From: Spirochaetota bacterium | GTDB lineage: Bacteria > Spirochaetota > UBA4802 > UBA5550 | Length of the DNA: 35,569 nucleotides | Assembly: GCA_050298055.1 (NCBI GenBank) | Contig: JBNKTL010000051.1 | Coordinates: forward strand, 1 to 35,569 | Direction of reading: 5' to 3' | In this document: piece by piece, positions 16,262 to 24,585 of the stretch | Position numbering within the stretch: the stretch's first letter is position 1 | Layout: every line of letters begins with the position of its first letter | The notes under the pieces: model-generated | The model's database searches: none | What the model was told of the DNA's origin: nothing | The model's input: the letters and a program-made list of their open reading frames with translations, nothing else | Made by a program: the position numbers and the translations under genes

Positions 16262-17862
16262 GTGTCCGCCTCATTTGCACGGCGGTAACGGTTTTTACAA
16301 CCGCCCTTCCACTTCTCTCCGGTGATTCATTTCCTGAAGTCGAGCTTGCGGGCCAGTACAGGAGCGATACCATCGACTACGATGATAAGGAGAAGACCTA
16401 TTTCAGGGAGAGGGGAGAGACCCGGTTCAGCAGAGAGAGTTCACTGGGTTTCACGCATATTACCATTCCCGAAACAGGGGAGAAGAGGTTCACCTGGTTC
16501 CTGAAACTCCATGATATATCGGAGAACCTGAAAATTCTCGCGGGGAACTTCCAGGCCTCCTTCGGTTCCGGTCTCATCCTGGGAAGGAAGAGTTATCTCT
16601 CACCCGATCCTTTCAGCTCATCACTGAAGGTCGCCCGGAATAAAGTATTCATCCCTGAGAAGTCGGGAAATCCCCGCTACTCCTTTAATGGCCTCGCGAT
16701 TGAAATTCCTTTCCGGGGAGAAGACCTGGAGTTTTCCCTTAACGGTTTCATCTCCCATCGCAACAGGTATATGGAGGACGAGGAGCTGGAAATATCCGCC
16801 ACCGAAAACAGTCTCAATACACTTTTCAGTAAAACAGATTTTTCATCCGGGAACAGTGAGCCTGTGCGGGTCGTGGATTACGCGGTCATGAGTAGAGTAA
16901 GGTTTTTCGGGCTCTTCAGTATGGAAGCATGCTACATCAACACCCGGCTGAAAGGACCCCGGGGAACGCTTCTCTGGGACCTCTACAGGTATGAAGATGA
17001 GCTGAGGGGGATAGAGGAGTACAACGGCTACAGCCTGTTTTTCCGGTACGGCGACGATTACATCACACTCTTCACGGAATATTCCGGAACAATAACTATC
17101 AGCAGTTCCCCTGAATCGGGAAAAAGTTCTTCACGGGGAGAGGGTTTTCTCTACGGGATCAGGTTCAGGCATCCCCGCTTTGCTTTCTCCGTAACGGGAA
17201 AAAATACCTCGGAAGATTTCACCGCCATCTACAGCGGGACCTCCCCCTACCCGGAGAGGTCATGGCTCGGCTCCGCTTCCTACAGCCTCATTAAAGGCCT
17301 GGCACTGGGCGTATCGGTCTCATCGGAGAAAAGGCTCAGGCCGGGAAAGTACCAGGCATACCTTCCTCATGTGAGAAGGGAAGAGGGAGGGATAAAGTAC
17401 AGGAGGGGAAAGCTTTTCAGGTTTTCCCTTTCCGGCAGCAGGGTTGAGTATACAAAGGAACTTGAGGACATCAGGAAATACCAGGAAAGATTATCCGCCT
17501 CCTGGCGAGTTGCGGGTTTTCTGGGACTTACGATTAAAGGGATGTATCAACATTCCGCCACAGGCTCTCCATCGGGAAGCGCTGGGACGGAACTCTCCCT
17601 GTTTGCTGACGATTTTCTCAAACTGACCCTGGCGTACCGGAGGTACTTCATATCCCGGGACAACTCCCTCTACGACAAAATTTTCCCTGACGAGAACTCT
17701 ATCTCCACGGGAAGCTTCATCGATAACTCCCTGCAGACCGTGGAAACCGGCATCAGGATAAAAGGGGAAAAGAATATTTTCTCTTCATCTTACCAGGCGA
17801 CACTCAGAGGATCCGAGGTCATCCGAAAGAAGTTCCGCGTCATGGGAAAGCTTGTTTTCTAG
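16249..17862 (+). CDS. Outer-membrane beta-barrel protein
   Basis: Own signal peptide, GNFQASFGSGLILG motif, many amphipathic strands, terminal Phe; overlaps the upstream ORF. Confidence 0.75.
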   Translation: MQKVSVRLICTAVTVFTTALPLLSGDSFPEVELAGQYRSDTIDYDDKEKTYFRERGETRFSRESSLGFTHITIPETGEKRFTWFLKLHDISENLKILAGNFQASFGSGLILGRKSYLSPDPFSSSLKVARNKVFIPEKSGNPRYSFNGLAIEIPFRGEDLEFSLNGFISHRNRYMEDEELEISATENSLNTLFSKTDFSSGNSEPVRVVDYAVMSRVRFFGLFSMEACYINTRLKGPRGTLLWDLYRYEDELRGIEEYNGYSLFFRYGDDYITLFTEYSGTITISSSPESGKSSSRGEGFLYGIRFRHPRFAFSVTGKNTSEDFTAIYSGTSPYPERSWLGSASYSLIKGLALGVSVSSEKRLRPGKYQAYLPHVRREEGGIKYRRGKLFRFSLSGSRVEYTKELEDIRKYQERLSASWRVAGFLGLTIKGMYQHSATGSPSGSAGTELSLFADDFLKLTLAYRRYFISRDNSLYDKIFPDENSISTGSFIDNSLQTVETGIRIKGEKNIFSSSYQATLRGSEVIRKKFRVMGKLVF

Positions 17863-18045
17863 TATTTTCCTCTTCAAAGAATCTTCCCGGTGGTCGAAAT
17901 ATAAAGTACAAAGAAAAAGACGCAGACCTGGCAACGGAAGATAACCTGATTTAAATCTCATCATACGAAAAGGCGCTTATGCCATCTTTGGTTTCATCAT
18001 AAAAGATTAAGGGGAAAAGGTGCGCGATAACGCCGGGGAAAGATA

Positions 18046-18621
18046 ATGATATCACGAATTGATCACATATCCCTCGCTGTAAAGGAGATTGAAAAGGCCA
18101 GGAAATTCGTTACGGATATACTGGGGGCCGTTCCCGGGGCAAGGGGAACAGACGAGAAGATGAAATTTACCTGGGAGATCTTTTCCCTGGGTGATCTGAG
18201 CAGGTTTGAACTTATAACCCCCACCGGGGAGGGGAGCTTTATAGACGGTTTTTTGAGTAAAAAAGAGGGGGGATTTCACCACGTGACCCTTGAAGTCCCC
18301 GATATTGACGCGGCACGGGACCTTTTAACCGGGGAAAAGATCCCCTTCTTTGAAGGGAACGACTACGGAGGGGTGTGGAAGGAGATATTTATCCATCCCC
18401 GGGACGCCTTCGGAATGCTTGTGCAGATTTCGGAATTCAATCCCAATGACTGGATAGCGGAGGAACTGAAGCACGACCCGGAAAGGAAATGGGAAGTCTC
18501 CCGGTCAGGAGACAGGTATACACTTGACTTTCCCCACCCAGGGGGAGGGAAGTTCCCGGTACAGTTCAATGGAAAGGAAGTGGAGCAGCTCATCAGGGAC
18601 CTTCTGGAGGTCAGGGGATGA
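18046..18621 (+). CDS. VOC family protein (methylmalonyl-CoA epimerase-like) with C-terminal extension
   Basis: IDHISLAV, FELITP, GGFHHVTLEVPDI, FIHPRDAFGMLVQISE. Confidence 0.88.
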   Translation: MISRIDHISLAVKEIEKARKFVTDILGAVPGARGTDEKMKFTWEIFSLGDLSRFELITPTGEGSFIDGFLSKKEGGFHHVTLEVPDIDAARDLLTGEKIPFFEGNDYGGVWKEIFIHPRDAFGMLVQISEFNPNDWIAEELKHDPERKWEVSRSGDRYTLDFPHPGGGKFPVQFNGKEVEQLIRDLLEVRG

Positions 18622-20528
18622 TTGTAAAAACACAGAGTGCTCTGACCCTCAATGAGGCGGCTGGGATCCTGGGAGTCTGCTCTACAACGGTGAATAACTG
18701 GGTGAAGCATGATTATATCAGCCCCGTTGTCATTCAGGGCTCCCGGTATTTCATGGAGAGGGAGATTTCATCCCTGAAGCGGAAGATCGACTCGGGGGTC
18801 ATCCGGAGACTTGCCAGCAGGGCGAACAAGAAAAGGGCGGGCAGGAAGTTCATACCCCTTGAATACTTCGAAAACAGGAAGGACCGGGAAGCGGTGAAGT
18901 TCGCCATGGACTTTCTCAGGGAACTTGGCCTGGACACGGAAACGGCCCTCTATCTCACGGCGCTGAATATACTCATCAACCGTGACCTGGCCCATAAAAG
19001 CCTGGGAGACGGTCCCGGGAGTTTCAGCAGAAATAAATTCAAGACCGCGGCACTCATGAAGGAGATGAAGGAATGGTTCGTGACCCTGGAGAACTACCCG
19101 GACCCGGAACGGGTCAGGGAGGCCCTGAAGTTAAGGATACCGGAGCAGCAGGACATCCTGGGCCTCATCTACCAGTCCCTGAAACCGGAGGGTGACAAAT
19201 CATTTAGCGGATCATACTATACCCCGCGGAACATTGTCGATGAGATCGTCAAAGAACAGGGAAGGGAGGACGCGGAGATACTGGACCCCTGCTGCGGGAC
19301 CGGGCAGTTCCTCCTCTCCTTCGCGGACAAAACCGGTGACCCCCGGAGGCTTTACGGCAGTGATATCGATAAAACAGCAGTCAGGATCGCCCGGCTTAAC
19401 CTGATACAAAAGTTCCCGGAGAGGGAATTTACCCCCAATATCCGACATGCGGATTCTCTCATCCCGGAAAAAGATCCGCTTTGCTTCCACATTGTGGCAA
19501 CAAACCCCCCCTGGGGAATGCACTTCACACCGGAAAAACAGGAGGACCTGAAGATACACTATCCCGAAATCCTCTCCGGCGAATCATACTCATACTTTAT
19601 CCGGATGGGTCTTGAAAGGCTCAGGGAAAAAGGAAAGCTCTCATTTGTCCTCCCCGAGTCCCTGTTGAACGTAAAGGCCCACAGGGACATCAGGAAATAC
19701 ATACTGGACAATGCCCGGATAGAAAAGATCGAGCCGCTGGGAAAGGTCTTCAAAAATGTCTTCACTTCGGTGATAAGGCTCGACCTCGAGAAAAACGGCA
19801 CCGGGAGAAAAGGTGAGACCCGGCACGGGACAAAAAGCGGGAAAAACCTGGTCGGGCAGAAAAGCTTCCGGGAGAACCCCGACTTCACTTTCAGCATCCA
19901 TATAAGCGGAAAGGACCGGGCGGTCATTGACAGGATATACGCCGCGCCCCATACCACACTCAAAGGGAACGCCGAATGGGTGCTGGGGATCGTTACCGGG
20001 AACAACAGCAGGTACCTGGACAGCAGGAGAAGAGAGGGATACGAGGAGATCATCACCGGGAAGGACCTGGAGAACTTCAGGATCAAACCGGTTGAAAAAT
20101 TTATCAGGCTGAGGCCCGAAAAGTTCCAGCAGATCGCCCCCCTCTCCAAGTACCGGGCGGAGGAGAAGCTGGTCTATAAATTTATCTCAAAGAGACTGGT
20201 CTTTGCCTACGATGACAGGCAGAGGGTGACCCTGAACAGCGCCAACGCCCTCATCCCCAGAGTGGAGAACTATCCCGCAAAGGTGGTCCTTGCCCTCTTT
20301 AACTCATCGGTCTACCAGTTTCTTTTCCGGAAGAAGTTCTCTTCCATAAAAGTTTTAAGAAGCCACCTTGAGGAACTCCCCCTTCCTCTCTGGGAGGAGA
20401 GTGTTTTTGATACTATTGTTGCGTATGTTGATTCCATCCATAATGGGGGGGAAGATTGTATCCCGGAACTGGATAACTATATCAGGGAGAGGTTTTTCCT
20501 GGCTGAGGGGGATATTGAGATCAGGTAA
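18618..20528 (+). CDS. N6-adenine DNA methyltransferase (gamma class, TaqI-like) with N-terminal MerR/excisionase-type HTH
   Basis: GSYYTP (motif X), ILDPCCGTGQFL (motif I), NPPW (motif IV), TaqI_C-like C-terminus; N-terminal EAAGILGVCSTTVNNWVK HTH. Confidence 0.9.
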   Translation: MIVKTQSALTLNEAAGILGVCSTTVNNWVKHDYISPVVIQGSRYFMEREISSLKRKIDSGVIRRLASRANKKRAGRKFIPLEYFENRKDREAVKFAMDFLRELGLDTETALYLTALNILINRDLAHKSLGDGPGSFSRNKFKTAALMKEMKEWFVTLENYPDPERVREALKLRIPEQQDILGLIYQSLKPEGDKSFSGSYYTPRNIVDEIVKEQGREDAEILDPCCGTGQFLLSFADKTGDPRRLYGSDIDKTAVRIARLNLIQKFPEREFTPNIRHADSLIPEKDPLCFHIVATNPPWGMHFTPEKQEDLKIHYPEILSGESYSYFIRMGLERLREKGKLSFVLPESLLNVKAHRDIRKYILDNARIEKIEPLGKVFKNVFTSVIRLDLEKNGTGRKGETRHGTKSGKNLVGQKSFRENPDFTFSIHISGKDRAVIDRIYAAPHTTLKGNAEWVLGIVTGNNSRYLDSRRREGYEEIITGKDLENFRIKPVEKFIRLRPEKFQQIAPLSKYRAEEKLVYKFISKRLVFAYDDRQRVTLNSANALIPRVENYPAKVVLALFNSSVYQFLFRKKFSSIKVLRSHLEELPLPLWEESVFDTIVAYVDSIHNGGEDCIPELDNYIRERFFLAEGDIEIR

Positions 20529-20548
20529 TTTCTTTACAGCTCCAAAAT

Positions 20549-21472
20549 TTACGCCCCCTCCGGGGGCCGGATGGCTGTAAAGAACAGGTCCGTGCTCAGA
20601 TACTTCTCCCCCCTGTCGGGGAATATCATCACCACCACGCCGGCATCGAGATCCTTCGATGTTTCGATTGCCGCGACCATGGCGGCGCCGCTGCTCATTC
20701 CCACGAAGATCCCCTCCTCTTTAACGATCCGGCGGGTCATTTCGAAGGCGTCTTCGGTCTCCACCATGATCTGCCGGTCAATCTCTTCGGGATGATAGAT
20801 GCTGGGAACAATGGCTTCCTCCATGTTCTTGAGCCCCTGGATGTAGTGGCCCTTCACGGGATGGGCGCAGACGATCCTGATTTTTGGGTTCCTCTCCTTG
20901 AGGTATTTCCCCACACCCATAATGGTGCCCGAAGTCCCCAGGGAGGAAACAAAGTGTGTGACCTTGCCGCCGGTCTGTTCCCAGATCTCTTCGGCGGTTG
21001 TCTTGTAGTGGGCGATTTTATTGTACTGGTTAGAAAACTGGTCCGGCATGAAGTATTTTTCGGGGTATTTCGCCACGAGGTCTCTTGCTTTTTTTATGGC
21101 GCCGTCGGTCCCCTGCCCCGGGTCCGTAAGTGTGACCTTCGCGCCGAAGGCCTCGATCATTTTCCTTCGTTCAATTGAGACGGCCTCGCTCATGACGATT
21201 TCCACCGCGTATCCCTTGACCGTTCCGATCATGGCAAGACCGATCCCGGTATTTCCCGATGTGGGTTCGATAATGGTCATCTCCTCCGTCAGGGAGCCGT
21301 CCATCTCCGCCTGTTCGATCATTTTGATGGCTATCCTGTCCTTGATGCTGCCCGTGGGGTTGCACCCTTCAAACTTGGCAAGCATGAGGACATTTTCATT
21401 TTTATTGAGCCTGTTTATTTTTACAAGCGGCGTGTTCCCGATTGCTTTGAGGATATTGTCAAAATAATTCAT
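20549..21472 (-). CDS. cysM: Cysteine synthase (O-acetylserine thiol-lyase, CysM/CysK family)
   Basis: IGNTPLV, NPTGSIKDR (PLP lysine), EPTSGNTGIG, GTSGT, SSGAA, PDRGEKYLST. The cysM versus cysK assignment is not certain. Confidence 0.9.
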   Translation of the reverse strand: MNYFDNILKAIGNTPLVKINRLNKNENVLMLAKFEGCNPTGSIKDRIAIKMIEQAEMDGSLTEEMTIIEPTSGNTGIGLAMIGTVKGYAVEIVMSEAVSIERRKMIEAFGAKVTLTDPGQGTDGAIKKARDLVAKYPEKYFMPDQFSNQYNKIAHYKTTAEEIWEQTGGKVTHFVSSLGTSGTIMGVGKYLKERNPKIRIVCAHPVKGHYIQGLKNMEEAIVPSIYHPEEIDRQIMVETEDAFEMTRRIVKEEGIFVGMSSGAAMVAAIETSKDLDAGVVVMIFPDRGEKYLSTDLFFTAIRPPEGA

Positions 21473-21586
21473 TTTCTTTTTCCGGTTGATATTTTTTTGA
21501 TTACATAACTAGTAAATTTTCTTATGGGAAAATGTAAATAATTATTTTATGGATGATTTATGAAATGAAAGAGGCTACCAGGGAAT

Positions 21587-21626
21587 AAAAAAAGCTGTCC
21601 CGGAAAATGCCGGGGACAGCTTTTTT
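21587..21626. terminator. Bidirectional rho-independent terminator downstream of the OMP gene
   Basis: AAAAAAGCTGTCCCGG-AAAATG-CCGGGGACAGCTTTTTT. Confidence 0.85.
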
Positions 21627-21648
21627 AAACGTTTATATGATCCGTGTT

Positions 21649-22257
21649 TTAGAACCAGTAAAATGAAACATAGAATGCCCAGAAGCTGCTGTCAAGATCG
21701 TAGTCAGCATTATAGGTCTGCTTTGAGTAATCGAAATTCAATGTAAGGTGAAAAGTCTGGCCGAGTTTTATGGCATATCCCGCACCGAGGAGAAATGCTT
21801 TTCCTGATTCCGATACTGAGTCTGAACCATAAGCTGATTCTGCATCTTGTACAAAGATAGCTCCGCCAAGACCCAGCCTGGCATAAAGTCCCTGGCCCAT
21901 GGGGAAAAAGGTCAAAACACCGAGATAGTTGTTTATCTGCTGTCCTATAGTTACTCCCATATAAGTCCCTTCCTGCCTGAGAGCGTTAAATTCAAAGCCC
22001 AGGTGAAGAGAGGGCGAAAGAATAAAACCGAGACCGAAGTTTAAAGCGATTTTTGGTGTTGTATCTTCTGCTCCTTCAAAAAAATCGTCATAGGTTACGG
22101 TGGTCCCATTCAGTGTAAATTCTCCATCCCCGGTCCCAATACCGAACCCTATGTACCAGCTTGATTTCTGGACATTCTCTTCCTCCTGGGCCCTCAAACC
22201 TGAACTCAGGGAGAAGAGCACAAAGACCGCCACACCGGCAATAAATAATTTTTTCAA
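21649..22257 (-). CDS. Outer-membrane beta-barrel protein (OmpA-like 8-strand)
   Basis: Likely TTG start at 22257 after AGGAGG; signal peptide; aromatic-rich strands ending YVSFYWF. Confidence 0.85.
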   Translation of the reverse strand: MKKLFIAGVAVFVLFSLSSGLRAQEEENVQKSSWYIGFGIGTGDGEFTLNGTTVTYDDFFEGAEDTTPKIALNFGLGFILSPSLHLGFEFNALRQEGTYMGVTIGQQINNYLGVLTFFPMGQGLYARLGLGGAIFVQDAESAYGSDSVSESGKAFLLGAGYAIKLGQTFHLTLNFDYSKQTYNADYDLDSSFWAFYVSFYWF

Positions 22258-22441
22258 TTCAAAACCTCCTGCTTGTTTTTTTTCAAGGAAACAAATTTGA
22301 GCAAAAAATGCAACAAAAAAACAGCAATATTCAATCCTCAATATTCACTCCTGTGCGGCCGATAAAAAGAGTAATTGACATTTTTACGGGAATAATGGAT
22401 ATTTTGATCCTGATACAACAGGGAGCATAAAGGCTTGTTCT

Positions 22442-23644
22442 ATGGGCAATAAATATATAAAACAACTGAAATCCTTTGACATTAAGAAAGACCTTGTTGT
22501 CAACGAAAAGTTTCGTCCTCCGGGGACATATTCGGGCTCTGACACCCTGAGCGATCTTGAATACGATGAGATGGAGATGGGGGGAGGAGATTCCGGGAAG
22601 GAGTTCTGCAGCTATAAAACAGGGGGGGGAATTCTCTCCGGAATCGTGAGCTGCGAAACAAACCTGGGAAAGGGAGTGATCCTCACCGGCAACAAGAACG
22701 GCGAGATCTATATGCTCACACCGGACCAGAACACCCTTAAGCCCCTTGTAAAGCTCAGGATACAGGGCTCCATTGTCCGGACACCCGGCTACTCCGACGG
22801 TGTCATCTACTGTGTGACCCGTGAGGGAATGCTCTATGCCATAGATACCGGCCTGGGAAAGGGACGGGAGCAGAATCCGGGGTTCAAACCGCAGGTCATA
22901 TGGACACAGAAGGCGGACAAGGGCATTCTCACCGAACCCATTGTGACCGGGAAAATGCTTATTGTGGCCACACTGGGGGGGATCTTCGGATACGAGGCCT
23001 ACTACCGGGACGAGAACAATAAGGCCGTGGGGAAGAGGCTCTGGGGGACCCCCGTGAACGGAACCGTCTCTTCGCCCAGGATGCATGGGGGAAATATCTA
23101 TATGGGCACCGAGGACAATCACCTCATTGCATTTGACTATGGGGGCAACAATATCAGCAAGGCCTGGGACCATAAGACCTCGGGCCCCGTAAGATCAAAA
23201 CCCTTCGTGACAAAAGATGAGAAGGAGATTCTCTTTACCACAACAGACGGTTTTCTCTACTGTGTGAACAGGAGAAAGGGAAAATACAAGTGGAACTACG
23301 TGATCAAAAGTCCGTCTTACAGCAGCATCGTCTCCGCTGATATGGGGGGCAAAGAGTATTTCTTCTTCGGCGCGGACAACGGTATCTTTTACTGCATAAA
23401 CCGTGAGGGGAAAAAGGTCTGGGAGTACGGAACAAACGGCAAGATCAGGACAGAGGCCCTTGTGAGCGGGCAGAGGATCTTCTTCGGTTCCGAAGACAAT
23501 AACTTCTACTGCCTGAACATTAAAAACGGTGAGCTCCTGTTTAAATTTCCAACCGACGGGAATATAAACAGTTTGCCGGTCATTCTGGACAATGTAATCT
23601 ATTTCGGGTCTACCGACTCGTTTATCCATGGAGTTTATATTTAG
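22442..23644 (+). CDS. PQQ-like (BamB-type) beta-propeller repeat protein, no signal peptide
   Basis: Repeated SSP..xxIYxGTxDxxLYCLxxxxGxxxW units. Confidence 0.9.
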   Translation: MGNKYIKQLKSFDIKKDLVVNEKFRPPGTYSGSDTLSDLEYDEMEMGGGDSGKEFCSYKTGGGILSGIVSCETNLGKGVILTGNKNGEIYMLTPDQNTLKPLVKLRIQGSIVRTPGYSDGVIYCVTREGMLYAIDTGLGKGREQNPGFKPQVIWTQKADKGILTEPIVTGKMLIVATLGGIFGYEAYYRDENNKAVGKRLWGTPVNGTVSSPRMHGGNIYMGTEDNHLIAFDYGGNNISKAWDHKTSGPVRSKPFVTKDEKEILFTTTDGFLYCVNRRKGKYKWNYVIKSPSYSSIVSADMGGKEYFFFGADNGIFYCINREGKKVWEYGTNGKIRTEALVSGQRIFFGSEDNNFYCLNIKNGELLFKFPTDGNINSLPVILDNVIYFGSTDSFIHGVYI

Positions 23645-23714
23645 GGAGACGGTGGATTTTCTCACGGTCTTCAGTTAAGAGCATCAAACTAATAGTTATC
23701 CCGGAGTATTAAGA

Positions 23715-24581
23715 ATGTTAAATTTTCTCTCTTATGATCTTTCCCGGCTGTCACACATAGACCCGAGGGTTTATGAACTTGAAAAGGACCTTGAGCTCTA
23801 CCAGTTTATCTTCTGGGGGGCCATTATTGTCATTGTCCTTCTTCTCATTATTGTCTATCTCCAGAGAGTCGCCATATCGGGCTACAGAAAGGGGAAGGAG
23901 GGCAGGGTATTACCCCGGCTGACCAAGAATAAAGAAGTCAAGAAGACAGCCGCGTCCGCGGAAACTCCGGCAGGTTTCGTGTCCCCCGGCAAACTCCCTG
24001 ACCCGGGACTCATCTTCAAGTATTCACTGGCAAAGGAGAATGTTCTGGATAAGGCCATAACCATCGGCCAGCTTGAAGGGAACATCAAGACTTATTCAAC
24101 GGAAATCATCGACCATCACCTCACCGTCAATATCAGGATCATTGAGAACAGGAGGGAGCAGGATATCTACAATCTTCCCGACAGGATATTCGAGGAGTAC
24201 CAGCTGGACCTCCGGCGTGACGGGAAGGTCCTTATCTACTACCCGGGACTTCAGGGCTTCCGGGAGATGGGTTCCCGGGAAAGGATCTATGTCAAGAGAG
24301 AGCCCGATGAGGCGGGTGATCCTACCTTTGACGAGCTGGAGGCAAAAGCACCCATACGGTTCAGGATCGGGGACAGGCTCAACCAGGACGGCAAGTTTAT
24401 CAGCGGCTACTTTGAGTTCCATCTCTTTACCCAGGATTACGATGTGAAGACAAAGGCTGATATCCCCAAGACCGAGAAGAACTTCCTCATAAGGCTTTAC
24501 AAGATCTATCCCGGTTACGATACCGGTTCACCTACAGAAGACGGCCTCTATCCCATGGTAGACCCATTTACAACCGGGTAG
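23715..24581 (+). CDS. Single-pass membrane protein with degenerate FHA-like beta domain
   Basis: TM helix FIFWGAIIVIVLLLIIVYL followed by a basic segment and a Pro/Ala linker; ITIGQ...IIDHHLTV...IRFRIG pattern. The ORF is solid; the FHA call is tentative. Confidence 0.7.
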   Translation: MLNFLSYDLSRLSHIDPRVYELEKDLELYQFIFWGAIIVIVLLLIIVYLQRVAISGYRKGKEGRVLPRLTKNKEVKKTAASAETPAGFVSPGKLPDPGLIFKYSLAKENVLDKAITIGQLEGNIKTYSTEIIDHHLTVNIRIIENRREQDIYNLPDRIFEEYQLDLRRDGKVLIYYPGLQGFREMGSRERIYVKREPDEAGDPTFDELEAKAPIRFRIGDRLNQDGKFISGYFEFHLFTQDYDVKTKADIPKTEKNFLIRLYKIYPGYDTGSPTEDGLYPMVDPFTTG

Positions 24582-24585
24582 GAAC

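Noticed and set aside
18618..20528. Complete restriction-modification or BREX/DISARM system
   Set aside because: No endonuclease, helicase, ATPase or PglZ gene is adjacent; the neighbours are metabolic.
22442..23644. bamB or a PQQ dehydrogenase
   Set aside because: There is no signal peptide or lipobox and no catalytic domain; only the propeller repeats are shared.
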